DNA of 64,000 nucleotides, taken from assembly GCA_963781045.1 (NCBI GenBank), contig CAWAEX010000018.1, positions 109,806 through 173,805 of the forward strand, given 5' to 3'. The stretch comes from an uncultured Flavobacteriaceae bacterium. Its GTDB lineage: Bacteria > Bacteroidota > Bacteroidia > Flavobacteriales > Flavobacteriaceae. The position numbers and the translations under genes are program-made. Positions 26,824 through 38,531 of the stretch are shown piece after piece; the stretch's first letter is position 1; each line of letters starts with the position of its first letter. Under the pieces are notes generated by a model. The model did not search any database. It worked only from the letters and a program-made list of their open reading frames with translations, and was not told where the DNA came from.

Positions 26824-29800
26824 CTAGTCCAATGTATAAGAAAGCGTATCCTTAAACATTGAAATGCTCAATGGTTCTATGGTCTCACGGAATGTTTTCC
26901 ATTCATCTGCAAAAAAGGCATTGGTCTTCTCCAAAGCAGCTTTGAGATCTGCTTCTGCGAATTCCATTAGCTTTGTTTCTGTTTCTGTGATACCTGTTTT
27001 TCTGGAGCGTACATATTGATAGGCGTTTCCAATTCTCCTCATTACCGTAAGTTCCGGATTACGAGTGATCCCCTGCCGTTTATCAACTTTCCCCAGATAA
27101 ACATCTATAAGGCTATCTATTTTCTTTGAAATGTCTTTTGAGGCCTTAATTGCATCCTTAAATTTATCTTTATCCAACTCCTTCAGATCCTTCTGATATT
27201 TGTCGGCTACTTTTTTGCTTTCTGCCAATTGTTTAACGGCATCCGCTGCAGTTTGAGTAAAGCCTTCCAGTTTTTTACTGGCCTCATACACTTCATTGAA
27301 GGCGGTAGTGGATACATCTAAACGAGGATCGGAGGCTACATTGATCGTAGTCTCATCCATCATTTCACCCAACGATAAAACAACTTTGTACATACCGGGT
27401 TTTACATCCACACCACCGGCTTCTCTGCTGCGCTTACGAATTGTGCGTGAAGGACGGTCTGGTCCTTTTTCATCCATATTCCAATAGATCCTATGGAAAC
27501 CAGCCTTTTCGGGCGTTTTATATTTTAAGGTCCTGATAAGGTCTTCTCCATTATAGATCTCAACCACTAAAGAGTCTTTTGTTTTCTCTGCTTTTTCTGT
27601 TTCTTCATTTTCATCCTCATTGGCTTCCTCGTCTTCTTCTTTTTTGTCTTCAGAATCTTTCTTCGGTTCTACTTTTTTTACACCTTCTTTTAAGAAATAG
27701 GTGATCATAGCTCCTTCTTTTCTGTTTTCGGCATTGAACAAGGCATCGGCTCCAAACCGGCTTCCGGTAGGCTGTTGATAGGATGCCTGATAGGCCGTTG
27801 GAGGATCGAACACCTCGATATCCTTCAATAGTATACCCGGATCTGCAGCAACAGCTCTCAGAGGCCTTATATCATCTAACACCCAGGCGGCGCGTCCAAA
27901 CGTTCCAATAACCAGGTCGTGTTCCCTTGGGTGTATTGTTAGATCTTTTGTTGAGACTGTAGGGAACCCTTCTGTCCATTTCTGCCATTTTTTGGCCGCA
28001 TTAAATGAAACATAGAGACCGTCATCGGTTCCTAAGAATACTAAGTTTGGATTTTCGGGATCCTCAATGATCGACAGGGTATAGCTTTGCACATCTGTCT
28101 GATCTACTATCCTTTCCCATGTCTTTCCGTAATCTCTTGTTCTGTAGGCATAGGGTGTGTAGTTAAATCTCCTGTAATCATTTGCAATAAGCAATGCTTC
28201 ACCTCTGTTCCTTGAAGATGCTTTGATCTGTGGGATCCAGCTTCCTTTGGGTAGTCCTTTTATGTTTTGAGTAACTTCTGTCCAGTTTGCCCCTCCATTC
28301 TGGGTGATATGTACCCTACCGTCATCTGTTCCAACCCACAGCATATCCTTTTCTATAGGAGAGGGTTCAATCACCAATATCGTACAATGATTTTCTGCTC
28401 CGGTGGCATCCATAGAAAGACCTCCACTTTCACTTTGTTTTAATTTCTCCGGGTCATTTGTTGTCATATCTCCTGAGATCACTTCCCAGGTAAGCCCTTT
28501 ATTAATGCTTTTGTGCACAAACTGGCTTCCAAAATACACCGTGTTATTATCAAAAGGATCTTGTCCTATGCCGGCATTCCAGTTAAACCTCAATTCTGTT
28601 GTCGCATCTGGAGGTGTTGGTCTTACTGTGTAGTTATTCCCGGTAATATGATCGTACCTGCTAACAAATCCCTGTTGACTCATAGCATATCCGTAGCGCG
28701 AATCGTCTTTATCCGGAACCACATCAAATCCATCCCCAAAGGCAATCTCCTGCCAATAGCTATTGCGTATCCCCTGATCTTTCCAAACATAAGCAGGACC
28801 GCGCCAGGAGCCATTATCCTGCATGCCCCCGTATACATTGTATGGGAATTCATTGTCTGTACTAATATGGTAGAACTGCCCAACCGGGAGGTTGCCAATG
28901 AATCGCCAGCTTTCTCCTCCGTCTCTGGTAATATTCATACCCCCGTCATTCCCATCGATCATAAAATGTCCGTCCTCAGGGTGGATCCACCAGGCGTGAT
29001 GATCGGGATGTACGCCATTGGCTACACCATAAGCCGGCATCAATTCAGTAAAATTCTTTCCTCCGTCTTCTGAAACATTCACATAGGTAAAGATCGAATA
29101 GACCCTGTTTTCATTCTGAGGATCTACATAGATCTCGGAATAGTAAAACGGCCTGTTGCCAATATCACTTTTGTCATTGATCTTTTTCCATTTAAAACCC
29201 CCGTCTTCGGATTTGTAAAGTGCATTCTTCTTTGCTTCAACCAATGCGTATACCACTGAGGGTTTACTTCGGGCCACTGCCACACCTATTCTGCCTAGTT
29301 CTCCTTTTGGAAATCCATCCTCTTCACTGATCTTTTTCCAATTGGTCCCTCCGTCATGGGTCATATATAGTCCACTGCCGGGGCCGCCAGATTTAAAGAA
29401 CCAGGGATCTCTTTTGTGTTCCCACATGGCTGCGAACATCTTGTTAGGATTGGTGGGATCCATTATAAGGTCGGCCACACCGGTCCTATTATTCACAAAA
29501 AGCACTTTAGACCAGGATTTACCCCCGTCTGTAGTTTTAAATACACCTCGTTCCGGATGCTCTCCCCAGGGTGAACCAATAGCTCCTACGTATACCGTAT
29601 TTGGATCTGTGGGATCAATTAGGATCCTATGTATATGCCTTGTTTTTTCGAGCCCCATGGCCATCCAACTCTTGCCACCATCGAGCGACTTATAAATGCC
29701 ATAGCCTCCATTTAGACTGTTTCTAGGATTACCTTCTCCTGTCCCTGCCCAGATAACCGAAGGATTACTCTGTTGGATAGCAACGGCCCCTATTGATGCA

Positions 29801-30051
29801 GTTAACTCTTTGTCAAAGACAGGTTTCCACGTAATTCCACCTGAAGAAGATTTCCACAGGCCACCCGATGCAGTCCCAACATACATAACGTCTGGTTCCG
29901 CATGCACTACGTCAATGGCAGTTACCCTTCCGCTCATCCCACCAGGGCCAATATTGCGGGGTTTCAAGTCCTGAACCAGGTCCATTTTAAAGTCTTGAGA
30001 GAAGAGGGAAACAGATGCCAAAAGCATCAGAGAGAGTAGTCCTTTTTTCAT
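26824..30051 (-). CDS. VPS10/sortilin-like BNR-repeat beta-propeller protein
   Basis: RNIGPGGMSGRV, many Asp-box repeats (S/TxDGGxxW), HPDHH, GGMQDNGSW; helical C-terminus. Confidence 0.88.
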   Translation of the reverse strand: MKKGLLSLMLLASVSLFSQDFKMDLVQDLKPRNIGPGGMSGRVTAIDVVHAEPDVMYVGTASGGLWKSSSGGITWKPVFDKELTASIGAVAIQQSNPSVIWAGTGEGNPRNSLNGGYGIYKSLDGGKSWMAMGLEKTRHIHRILIDPTDPNTVYVGAIGSPWGEHPERGVFKTTDGGKSWSKVLFVNNRTGVADLIMDPTNPNKMFAAMWEHKRDPWFFKSGGPGSGLYMTHDGGTNWKKISEEDGFPKGELGRIGVAVARSKPSVVYALVEAKKNALYKSEDGGFKWKKINDKSDIGNRPFYYSEIYVDPQNENRVYSIFTYVNVSEDGGKNFTELMPAYGVANGVHPDHHAWWIHPEDGHFMIDGNDGGMNITRDGGESWRFIGNLPVGQFYHISTDNEFPYNVYGGMQDNGSWRGPAYVWKDQGIRNSYWQEIAFGDGFDVVPDKDDSRYGYAMSQQGFVSRYDHITGNNYTVRPTPPDATTELRFNWNAGIGQDPFDNNTVYFGSQFVHKSINKGLTWEVISGDMTTNDPEKLKQSESGGLSMDATGAENHCTILVIEPSPIEKDMLWVGTDDGRVHITQNGGANWTEVTQNIKGLPKGSWIPQIKASSRNRGEALLIANDYRRFNYTPYAYRTRDYGKTWERIVDQTDVQSYTLSIIEDPENPNLVFLGTDDGLYVSFNAAKKWQKWTEGFPTVSTKDLTIHPREHDLVIGTFGRAAWVLDDIRPLRAVAADPGILLKDIEVFDPPTAYQASYQQPTGSRFGADALFNAENRKEGAMITYFLKEGVKKVEPKKDSEDKKEEDEEANEDENEETEKAEKTKDSLVVEIYNGEDLIRTLKYKTPEKAGFHRIYWNMDEKGPDRPSRTIRKRSREAGGVDVKPGMYKVVLSLGEMMDETTINVASDPRLDVSTTAFNEVYEASKKLEGFTQTAADAVKQLAESKKVADKYQKDLKELDKDKFKDAIKASKDISKKIDSLIDVYLGKVDKRQGITRNPELTVMRRIGNAYQYVRSRKTGITETETKLMEFAEADLKAALEKTNAFFADEWKTFRETIEPLSISMFKDTLSYTLD

Positions 30052-30188
30052 AATTATAGTTAGTTCTGGGTTCGTTCGCTAAATATACCAAAATCACTTC
30101 TTGTAATTCTTAAATAGTTGTTAAGGAAGTAAGTAATATGCCTCTTTTGTAGCCGTTGCAACAGCGCTTTATATTAGACTTTAAGCTA

Positions 30189-30196
30189 TATATTTG
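30189..30196 (+). promoter_or_regulatory. Bacteroidota -7 promoter element for the sdpI-like gene
   Basis: TATATTTG 14 nt upstream of ATG 30211. Confidence 0.6.
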
Positions 30197-30210
30197 TATT
30201 AAAAGAGGAG

Positions 30211-30561
30211 ATGAATTATTCTAATAGCTTATTACTTGGATGCTTATTCGTAGGGATGGCTTTCTATATTACGGGCAATTTACTTAGAATGTATCCCCCT
30301 AAAAAGATCAACCATTGGTACGGTTACAGAACACCTTCCTCAATGAAATCTCAGGAACGATGGGATTTTGCACAAATCTTTGCTGCTAAGGAAATGATCA
30401 AACAAGGATTTTTACTTACAATAATTGGAATATTTTTCGGGTTTTTGTTCCACTTCGATGATACTATCAATGTCATCCTCATCGTTTCATTGGTCCTTGC
30501 AAGCAGTATTGCGATGATAGTTTTTACAGAAAGGGCCTTAAAAAAGAACTTCCAGATATGA
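30211..30561 (+). CDS. SdpI/YhfL family membrane protein
   Basis: PPKKINHWYGYRTPSSMKSQERWDFAQ; three TM helices. Confidence 0.85.
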   Translation: MNYSNSLLLGCLFVGMAFYITGNLLRMYPPKKINHWYGYRTPSSMKSQERWDFAQIFAAKEMIKQGFLLTIIGIFFGFLFHFDDTINVILIVSLVLASSIAMIVFTERALKKNFQI

Positions 30562-30586
30562 CGGTCGGGACTAATCTAAAAGTAAG

Positions 30587-31879
30587 TTATTCAACATTCT
30601 TGTAGATCTGACCATCCTTCATTACAAACCTTACCTCCTTCATTACTCCAATATCTTTGGAAGGATCGCCTTTAACAGCTACAAGATCGGCCAGGAAATC
30701 TTTTTTTATGCTACCTGCCTTGTCTAGATGAAAGACCTTTGCGTTCACGCTGGTAGCAGCTTTTAAAACATCGAGGGGTTTCATGCCATTTGAGACCATC
30801 AGATCCATTTCGCGGTAGTTCTCTCCGTGGGGAAAGACGCCTACATCTCCTCCAAACACGATGGTTACCCCCGATTTAAGCGCAAGGGAAAAAGATGTTC
30901 TCTTTGCTATCATCCTATCAGAAGGTGCCTCCTTTTCTTTATCCCATCCTCTATATTGTTCTATGGCGTCACCGGCGGCCAGAGTAGGGCAGAGGGCAAC
31001 TCCATTGTCTTTCATTAATTGAAATATTTCTGATGTTCCTTCATCCCCATGCTCAATGGTTTCTACGCCTGCCATAATTGCACGGCGCATGCCTTCCGGC
31101 GTACTGGCGTGTGCCACCACATAGCTTCCGGCGCTGGTAGCTGTGGCCACCATGGCTTCTAATTCCTTAGATAGAAAGGTAGGCTCTGATGCAGCCCCGG
31201 GGGTCCATCTATAATCGGCATATACTTTGATAAAATTAGCCCCATTACCAAGTTGTCTTCGTACGGTCCTTATCACTTCATCTATCCCGCTGGCTGTTTC
31301 TGCCCCTAAAGGAATTGTTACTCCATCATGAAACCCCTTTGGGCCATAAGCCCCTGTGGCAACAATAGCTGGCCCGGCCACTAATAAACGAGGTCCGGGT
31401 ATGATTCCTTCATCTATGGTTTTTTTTAAATAAACATCTGTATACCCCGCTCCTTCAGCACCCAGATCACGCATAGTTGTGATACCGGCCATCAGAGAAT
31501 TCTTGGCATGTACAGCGCCTCTGATGGCTCTTTCCGCAGGAGATTCCTTGAGAACCTGGTCATTCCAGGAAGTCTCATTGTATGGGTGTAGTAGGAGATG
31601 CGAGTGACCTTCAATGATGCCGGGCATTAGTGTCATTTCCGGCAGGGGTATTTTCGTAGTACCTGCTATCATCTTAAGTCCGGAGGAGGTACCGGCATAT
31701 GTTATTCGGTTCCCTTCTACCAAAACCACCCAGTCTTTATGCATAGATTCCCCGTCGAAAACGCGCTCTGGTATTATAAGGGTCTGACTAAAACCTGAAT
31801 AAAAGCCGAGGACAATAGCAACCAGGCTTACTTTTGATAAAATTGATTTCAAATAATTGAGATTTTTAAAGAATTCCAT
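30587..31879 (-). CDS. Exported metal-dependent amidohydrolase (Xaa-Pro dipeptidase-like)
   Basis: [39 protein letters not shown]; start uncertain (31879 or later). Confidence 0.85.
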   Translation of the reverse strand: MEFFKNLNYLKSILSKVSLVAIVLGFYSGFSQTLIIPERVFDGESMHKDWVVLVEGNRITYAGTSSGLKMIAGTTKIPLPEMTLMPGIIEGHSHLLLHPYNETSWNDQVLKESPAERAIRGAVHAKNSLMAGITTMRDLGAEGAGYTDVYLKKTIDEGIIPGPRLLVAGPAIVATGAYGPKGFHDGVTIPLGAETASGIDEVIRTVRRQLGNGANFIKVYADYRWTPGAASEPTFLSKELEAMVATATSAGSYVVAHASTPEGMRRAIMAGVETIEHGDEGTSEIFQLMKDNGVALCPTLAAGDAIEQYRGWDKEKEAPSDRMIAKRTSFSLALKSGVTIVFGGDVGVFPHGENYREMDLMVSNGMKPLDVLKAATSVNAKVFHLDKAGSIKKDFLADLVAVKGDPSKDIGVMKEVRFVMKDGQIYKNVE

Positions 31880-31889
31880 ACATAGCTGA

Positions 31890-33266
31890 TTATTGATTTT
31901 CCGTATGTGAAGCAATGACCTTAAGTTTCTTGTCGATCGTTTTTCTGTCCAGCCATTTGCCGCCTAACATCACCCCGTCTAATTTTTTTAGTGCCTTAAT
32001 GTCTTCCAAGGGGTTTTCTCTAAGCAACAGCATATCAGCAACCATGCCTTCCTTTATTTGTCCAAATACTTCTTGCTGATCAAAATAGATAGCCGGATTT
32101 AAAGTACCACTTTGAAGGATCTGAAGAGGGGTTAAACCGGCGTGGATCATTCCATCAATTTCATGATGGATGGAGAAACCGGGCACATTGAATAACTGTG
32201 GGGCGTCTGAACCTAAGAGGATACCATACCCATTGTCTTGCAAGGCTTTTATCAACTGAAGTCGAATAGCATTGAACCGTTCCCATTGAGCCTCACTAAA
32301 ATTGGTGGCTTGCCCCATGGTTTGTTCTTTGCGGATCTTCCAATTTGTTAGTGTAGTTACCGGCATATAGATCATTTCCGGCTCATTGAGGAGTTGATCA
32401 GCAGAAACAGGTGCGAACCATCGTTCAAACAAACTTTGAGTCGGGACTATCCAAACCTTATTTTCCTTAGATAATGAAACCAATGCAGGGATCAATGAGG
32501 TATCTGCCAGCATTGTAAAATCATAGCCAAAAAATCCGTTTTCTCTCGGGTTCACCCTGGCAGTCTCCGGTACCAGGCCTTCCAGATAACCATCAACATG
32601 GTCAATGGAGGCATATCCGCTTTTTAATGCATGCCTAATACCCACATCAACAGGTACATGGCCTGCAAAAGGGATATTCACTTCTTTTGCCGTTGTTACT
32701 ATCTGATCAAACACCGGTCTTAAAATACCCGGATGAATTTTAAGGAAGTCGTACCCATCTTTTTGATACTGCATAACCTTTGCTTTGGCTTCCTCTGCAG
32801 TTCTTACGGTGTTGCCATTAAGAGAAGGGCTGGAGGTGAAGATCCTTGGACCTAATACTTCGCCTTTTGCTACTAGTTTTTTTAGTTCGAGGTGAGACGG
32901 GTGTCCCAACATCCCTCTTATAGTGGTAATTCCGTTGGAAAGGTATAGAAACAAGGTTTCTTCCAATTGTTCCTGCGAAATAGGAGGGGCCGGAATGTGG
33001 GCATGCATTTCTGCCAGACCAGGCATCACATACTTACCTTTCCCATCAATGACTGTTTCAAAACCCGTGGTGTCCGTAAGAATACCAGTTATACGACGTA
33101 TTTTTCCCGAATCGATTTCGATGCTTTGGTGTTCCATGATCTCGCCGGTGCTTACATCCAATATGGAAACATCTGATATAAGAGTTGCCGATGATTTCTT
33201 CTGTTCAGGAACCGCTTGGCAGGATCCAAGGAGGAGTACGAAAATGAGAATAAAAAGTCGTTGCAT
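31890..33266 (-). CDS. Amidohydrolase family lipoprotein
   Basis: Lipobox LGSC; [26 protein letters not shown]. Confidence 0.85.
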   Translation of the reverse strand: MQRLFILIFVLLLGSCQAVPEQKKSSATLISDVSILDVSTGEIMEHQSIEIDSGKIRRITGILTDTTGFETVIDGKGKYVMPGLAEMHAHIPAPPISQEQLEETLFLYLSNGITTIRGMLGHPSHLELKKLVAKGEVLGPRIFTSSPSLNGNTVRTAEEAKAKVMQYQKDGYDFLKIHPGILRPVFDQIVTTAKEVNIPFAGHVPVDVGIRHALKSGYASIDHVDGYLEGLVPETARVNPRENGFFGYDFTMLADTSLIPALVSLSKENKVWIVPTQSLFERWFAPVSADQLLNEPEMIYMPVTTLTNWKIRKEQTMGQATNFSEAQWERFNAIRLQLIKALQDNGYGILLGSDAPQLFNVPGFSIHHEIDGMIHAGLTPLQILQSGTLNPAIYFDQQEVFGQIKEGMVADMLLLRENPLEDIKALKKLDGVMLGGKWLDRKTIDKKLKVIASHTENQ

Positions 33267-33348
33267 TGCAATGTTATTTGATCAGCTTACAAGGCCATCT
33301 GTCGCCCTGTATACACTTCTGTTCTATGAATAGGTAAGGTAGAAAGAA

Positions 33349-34116
33349 TTACCGATTTAGAAACCTTCTCAATCCTATAAAAATGAAAATAAAGAGAGAA
33401 AAACCAATAAAAAAAGGAATGATATAATGCATTAGATCAAAAACGAGCATACCGCCAATGATCAGTAATTGGAACCCAAGACCAAATGTAGATACGGCCG
33501 TCATAAACCACTTAGGCAATATTTTGCCGGTGACCGCCTTGCGGTCCAGATAGTAAATCATCTTATCAAATGGGCCATAGAAGAAACGATAGATCTTGAA
33601 CAGGATGTTTACATGTTGTTGTTTTTCCCCTTCCATGGCCTTCGGAACCTCTTTTTCAAAGACCCTGCTGGTGGTATCCCCATGGAATCGGTTGCGCAGT
33701 ATTACATAGTAATAATTGTACAGGGTTCCCTGTAATTGAAGCCCAATTAGTGCTAAAATAGTATAAACCACAGATCCCTTGGTAAGATACCAGATTGTTG
33801 CGAAAAGAATGATGTTTAGGATTATATCGGAGATAGAATCCAGGTAGCGGCCTGTATACGAAGGGGTTTTCTTTATTCGGGCCAATTCACCATCGGCCGC
33901 ATCGAGTATCGATTTTAAAACTAACAGTGCCGCCGCTGCCCAATAGTATTGAAATAAAATACAAAGGGCTGCCAGAATACCACAAATAAGAAAGAGGAGC
34001 GTTACATGGATGGGGGATACACGAGTATTTTTGAGGGATAATGCTATTTTTTTTCCGGCAGGTCTTCCATAATCGGACAGGTCGACAAAACGATATTTCT
34101 TCGGCAATTTAGACAT
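33349..34116 (-). CDS. CDP-alcohol phosphatidyltransferase family protein
   Basis: Signature DAADGELAR...GRYLDSISD. Confidence 0.88.
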   Translation of the reverse strand: MSKLPKKYRFVDLSDYGRPAGKKIALSLKNTRVSPIHVTLLFLICGILAALCILFQYYWAAAALLVLKSILDAADGELARIKKTPSYTGRYLDSISDIILNIILFATIWYLTKGSVVYTILALIGLQLQGTLYNYYYVILRNRFHGDTTSRVFEKEVPKAMEGEKQQHVNILFKIYRFFYGPFDKMIYYLDRKAVTGKILPKWFMTAVSTFGLGFQLLIIGGMLVFDLMHYIIPFFIGFSLFIFIFIGLRRFLNR

Positions 34117-34225
34117 GATCCTAACGACATCATCACCAGTAATTTACAAAGAACGAAAACACGCTGGCTGAGTAATAAAACACGGTGGTTTTACAAAGAT
34201 ATCTTATTTTAAACAGAAGGGTATT

Positions 34226-35851
34226 TTACTCTAGCCTCGTTGTTCTTATATAAAGGTTGTTATCTACCACCATCTGAGTTATGTTGGGAAGTTTTTCGCT
34301 TTTCCATTCCATTGCAGGAAAAAGCCAATGTTCTTTTTCGCCGATATAAATACGTACCGGCATATCAAAATCTGCAACAACATCGGTATACCTGTACGTA
34401 ATGGTATTTTCTTCTATTCTATATTCGAGCATTGGGATCTTCGTAGATCTGAGGTATTGGTTGAAAAAGGCGGTGAGATCAATGCCTGTTTGTTCACTGA
34501 GATAGTTTTCAATTTGTGCTGAAGTTACAGTTTGATGATAAAATTCCGAATTCATGCCTCGCAGAATACTACGCCATTTTTCGTCGTCTTCCAACAGTTG
34601 CCTTAGGGTGTGAAGCATATTGGATCCTTTGTAGTACATGTCACTGGAACCAGCTCTGTTCACTCCGTACGGACCAATAATAGGTCTGTCGTTTCTTATA
34701 TTATTACGGGTGCCTACTACGTATTCAGAAGAAGCAGTTTTCCCCTGGTGATAATTGAGGTAAAGATTTTCTGAATAAGCGGTAAAGCCTTCATGTACCC
34801 ACATATCTGCAATATCCTTATACGTGATATTATTGGCGAACCACTCGTGTCCGGATTCATGGATAATGATAAAGTCGAATGTATTTCCCCATCCGGAACC
34901 GGAGAGATCATTACCTAAATATCCGTTTTGATACTTGTTTCCATAGGTAATAGAACTTTGATGTTCCATACCCAAATAAGGGACTTCTACCAATTTGTAG
35001 CTATCCTCGTAGAAGGGGTAGGGCCCAAACCAATATTCGAAGGCCTGGAGCATGAGGGGCACTTGCTTAAATTGTTGCTTGGCCTTGTCCAGATTATCTC
35101 TTAAAACATAATAGGAAAGCTCTAAAGGGCCTTTCTCACCGTCGTAGGTTTCGCCGTAAGAAACATAGTCACCAATATTTACATTCACCCCGTAATTGTT
35201 GATCGGATTGCGAACGTACCAGTCGTAGGTTTTGGTGTCTTCTTGTTCACGAACTTTTTTTAGTTTTCCATTAGCTACTGCTACAAGATCTTTAGGTACT
35301 GTAACACTAATGGCCATACTGTCTACCTCATCGTACATATGGTCTTTATTGGGCCACCAAACACTGGCCCCAAGTCCTTGGCATGAAGTTGCAATAAAAG
35401 CATGTCCGTTTTCATCCATGCTCCAGGAAAATCCTCCATCCCAGGGTGCTCTGATCGCAGTCCGGGGATTTCCTGAGTAGGTGATCACGATTTCGTTTAA
35501 CTCATCAACTAGCTGAGGTTTTATGAGGGTAACAAAATGGGAATACCCTTTGCTGATATAGGATAATGGCTGCCCATCTTGCTGTATGCTCAGGATCTTC
35601 AAGGGTTGCTGAAGATCTACTTGCAATACCTGATGCGGTTTAAGTACTTTATAGCGAATGGTATTTGATCCTTCAATAAACTTTTCCTCCGGTTCTACTT
35701 TTACCTGCAGGTCATAGAAAGTTAGGTCCCACCAAGCTCTTTCCGGAGTGATACTTCCACGGAGACTATCTTGTTGGGTAAACATCTGGGCACTTCCATA
35801 AAAGCTAACTATTACGGTTAGGACTAAAATGCAAAGACTTTTAAATTTCAT
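34226..35851 (-). CDS. M1 family zinc aminopeptidase, exported
   Basis: LGMEHQ, HESGHEW...E (MWVHEGF), MYYKG. Confidence 0.9.
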   Translation of the reverse strand: MKFKSLCILVLTVIVSFYGSAQMFTQQDSLRGSITPERAWWDLTFYDLQVKVEPEEKFIEGSNTIRYKVLKPHQVLQVDLQQPLKILSIQQDGQPLSYISKGYSHFVTLIKPQLVDELNEIVITYSGNPRTAIRAPWDGGFSWSMDENGHAFIATSCQGLGASVWWPNKDHMYDEVDSMAISVTVPKDLVAVANGKLKKVREQEDTKTYDWYVRNPINNYGVNVNIGDYVSYGETYDGEKGPLELSYYVLRDNLDKAKQQFKQVPLMLQAFEYWFGPYPFYEDSYKLVEVPYLGMEHQSSITYGNKYQNGYLGNDLSGSGWGNTFDFIIIHESGHEWFANNITYKDIADMWVHEGFTAYSENLYLNYHQGKTASSEYVVGTRNNIRNDRPIIGPYGVNRAGSSDMYYKGSNMLHTLRQLLEDDEKWRSILRGMNSEFYHQTVTSAQIENYLSEQTGIDLTAFFNQYLRSTKIPMLEYRIEENTITYRYTDVVADFDMPVRIYIGEKEHWLFPAMEWKSEKLPNITQMVVDNNLYIRTTRLE

Positions 35852-35861
35852 GATCTTCCGG

Positions 35862-37190
35862 TTACGAATTAGAATTTACGATCAAAAGATACGCATAATC
35901 ACTGGCCTCAAGAATAGATCGCATATCGTTTGTGGTCAAAAGATTTTCAAGCGCTTTCTTCTTATTTACAGCATTTTGATAATACGACTTAGATATTAGG
36001 TAACCCAGCCCATATCCGAGATCGTGAGGTCTGTCTTCAATAGACCCTCCATTGTAAAGCCAATTAGAAAGATCTTCTGAGAATAGTTCTTGTTGTAGAT
36101 CGGCAGAAATTATCTCAAAGTTTTCCGGGGAATTCAGGTATTCTAACTGTGCTGATTGTATGGGTATTCCTGTTGAAAGTTCTACCAAAAAATCGCATAC
36201 TCCTTCCTCAATGATCTTGTAAAGAACCTTATCTCTATTCACCTTGTCCCCATAATTTTGCTGAAAATGCATAAGCTCATGCAGGATGAGTTGAGGAAGC
36301 ATATTCATTTCCATAATTGACTCCTTTTGCCAATCATTTAGTTCCATTACAGGCATTTTATCCGATCTGCCATACATGTCTCCCCCAATAAATAATCCCA
36401 TTTCAGAGGCTGTACCACCCGAATTTAATAAACCTGGAACCATATAGACCTTTGGGAATACAGCATTTGGGTAAAGCGTTTTAAAGGCCTGCATTGCTAT
36501 CTTAGTTTGTTGTTTGAGTCCCTCCACACTTTGCTTCTTTAAATACCCCCGCAGATATGTGTAAAATTTTGGAGAGCCATTGATCATCTGCCCATACATA
36601 TTTTCCAAATTGTAGTATCTAATGGCATAATAGTCTCTGATTTCGGGAGGACCTAGTAATATATAATTCTTTAAATACTGTTTGGCACTATCCGGATTTG
36701 CTTTGGCTTCCTCAAAATAGGGCCAGAATTGGTCCATTGACCTCATTTCCAGTGTAAAGTTTGAGATATTATGAAGTTTTACTTCCAGAGAATCTAGACG
36801 TTTTTTTAAGTGCTTCATCTCCTTGGTGTTTAATTCAACCAGGCCGGGATATTGCTTGAGAATAGTAGGGTTGGCCATTCCATGATCTATGGCCTTATGG
36901 ATGAGTAATACGGTAGAATCTAATTTATCCGCAAGCTGATAGAGCGAAGCGGCCTCCATATATAGCTCTGATGAATGGAGATCAATATTGGCTTCAACGA
37001 TCTCTCTTGCAATCTCATCATAACGTTCATTGCGCTCCATTTTCTCATAATCTTCGAAGAGGATATTGAGATCTGGCAGATAGCCGGTGGAAGCAACTGA
37101 AGTATTTTCTTTTTGGACCTCACCACAGCTAAAAAGTAATAAACAAAGGCAACCAAATAGCCCTTTGTATAAAAAACGATTTGTAGTCAT
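35862..37190 (-). CDS. Zn-metalloprotease-like lipoprotein (DUF2268/GldB-like)
   Basis: Lipobox LFSC; NSGGT, HELMH, EEGVCDF, WLYNG..RPHDLGYGLGY. Confidence 0.72.
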   Translation of the reverse strand: MTTNRFLYKGLFGCLCLLLFSCGEVQKENTSVASTGYLPDLNILFEDYEKMERNERYDEIAREIVEANIDLHSSELYMEAASLYQLADKLDSTVLLIHKAIDHGMANPTILKQYPGLVELNTKEMKHLKKRLDSLEVKLHNISNFTLEMRSMDQFWPYFEEAKANPDSAKQYLKNYILLGPPEIRDYYAIRYYNLENMYGQMINGSPKFYTYLRGYLKKQSVEGLKQQTKIAMQAFKTLYPNAVFPKVYMVPGLLNSGGTASEMGLFIGGDMYGRSDKMPVMELNDWQKESIMEMNMLPQLILHELMHFQQNYGDKVNRDKVLYKIIEEGVCDFLVELSTGIPIQSAQLEYLNSPENFEIISADLQQELFSEDLSNWLYNGGSIEDRPHDLGYGLGYLISKSYYQNAVNKKKALENLLTTNDMRSILEASDYAYLLIVNSNS

Positions 37191-37196
37191 TGTTGT

Positions 37197-38531
37197 TTAA
37201 TTCCGGAATGTACCATTAGGAAAGACCACCGGACTTTCAAATCCTTCTTCACTTACCGCGGCAACACCAAAGAAATAATTATCGATAACGATCCCTTCTA
37301 AGGTAAACTCATTAACATCGCCTACCATTCTGCTATTATCCCAGGTAGGGGAGGTGGTGTCTCGCCAGTAGATCTTATAGCCTGCTGCTCCTTCGGACTT
37401 GCTCCATTTTAAAATAGCAGAGGGTGCAACAATACCGCCAATTTGTACTTCTGCCGGTGCTGGGGGCGCCCAGGCCAGAGAGGCCAGATTAATCGCATTC
37501 ACTGCGGTAAGCTTTTTTGCATATTCAAAATTTACATGTTCTAACACATCGCCGTAAGCAATTCCATTCTCCACCCGTATATCCTGATGTTGTTGGGTGT
37601 AATTTTCATGCGCCTCCATAATCCTGATCCCCGGAAATCCCTGATCATTGAATGGCCTGTGATGGCCACCACGTCCAAACCTATCTAATCGGTAAATTAG
37701 CATAGGATTCATTTCTGGCATAAAGGTCTTGGTATTCTTATGTACATAGCGAGCTAATTGTCTGGAAATACCATCAACCTCACCTCCGTAAAATCTTCTT
37801 GCATTGCGTTGCTTTTCCGTCTCAGTTGGCGGTACCGGTTCCGAGAAGATCCTGAAATCGCGGTTGCTGGTCACCCCATCTACACCGGTGATATTTCCTA
37901 TCATATCATTGTTCAATACACCAACAATGTCCCATCCTTTTTCCTTGGCATAAGCTGCGAGGAATTTACCACCATACAATCCTTGTTCTTCACCAGATAG
38001 GCCTGCATAGATAATGCTATTCTCAAAACTGTATTTTGAAAGTACCCTTGCAGCCTCTATAGTTCCTGCCATACCGCTGGCATTGTCATTAGCACCCGGA
38101 GAATCGGAGGTATAATTGGTTGGATCACTTACTCGTGAATCTATATCCCCACTCATAATGACATAGCGGTTTGGGTATTTAGTGCCTTTTTGAATAGCTA
38201 CTACGTTCACGACCATCACATCTTTTACAATTCGTTGATTGTCGCCTTTTTTAACTAATTCCTGATGATAAAATACATTCAGGCAGTCATTACAAGCTGC
38301 AGAAATATTTTCGAACTCTCCTTTAATCCATCGCCTTGCTGCACCGATACCTCTGGTAGAAGAAAGGGTATCACTTAGGGTATGCCTTGTGCCAAAATTA
38401 GCGAGCTTAGTCACATCTGCTTCTATGCGCTCCGATGAAACCGCATTGACGATAGCGTATATATCATTGGATGATTGACCATATGAAAGTTGAAAAGAAA
38501 TAAATAGGGCAGTAAAAAAGATGTACTTCAT
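37197..38531 (-). CDS. M28 family peptidase with C-terminal Fn3-like domain
   Basis: FGTRHT, GDIDS, PGANDNASG, GEEQGL, NNDMIG, RGGHH. Confidence 0.88.
   Translation of the reverse strand: MKYIFFTALFISFQLSYGQSSNDIYAIVNAVSSERIEADVTKLANFGTRHTLSDTLSSTRGIGAARRWIKGEFENISAACNDCLNVFYHQELVKKGDNQRIVKDVMVVNVVAIQKGTKYPNRYVIMSGDIDSRVSDPTNYTSDSPGANDNASGMAGTIEAARVLSKYSFENSIIYAGLSGEEQGLYGGKFLAAYAKEKGWDIVGVLNNDMIGNITGVDGVTSNRDFRIFSEPVPPTETEKQRNARRFYGGEVDGISRQLARYVHKNTKTFMPEMNPMLIYRLDRFGRGGHHRPFNDQGFPGIRIMEAHENYTQQHQDIRVENGIAYGDVLEHVNFEYAKKLTAVNAINLASLAWAPPAPAEVQIGGIVAPSAILKWSKSEGAAGYKIYWRDTTSPTWDNSRMVGDVNEFTLEGIVIDNYFFGVAAVSEEGFESPVVFPNGTFRN

Noticed and set aside
27580-27690. Low-complexity TTC/TCA-rich stretch
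   Set aside because: Encodes a Lys/Glu/Asp-rich linker in the VPS10-like protein.
28513-29073. 186-aa + strand ORF and the many other antisense or nested ORFs in the track (e.g. 32923-33333, 56234-56611, 57416-57769)
   Set aside because: They lie opposite or within well-supported genes and lack recognisable motifs; treated as shadow ORFs.
30211-30561. SdpI-like gene as part of a toxin-immunity locus
   Set aside because: No sdpABC-like toxin genes or SdpR nearby.
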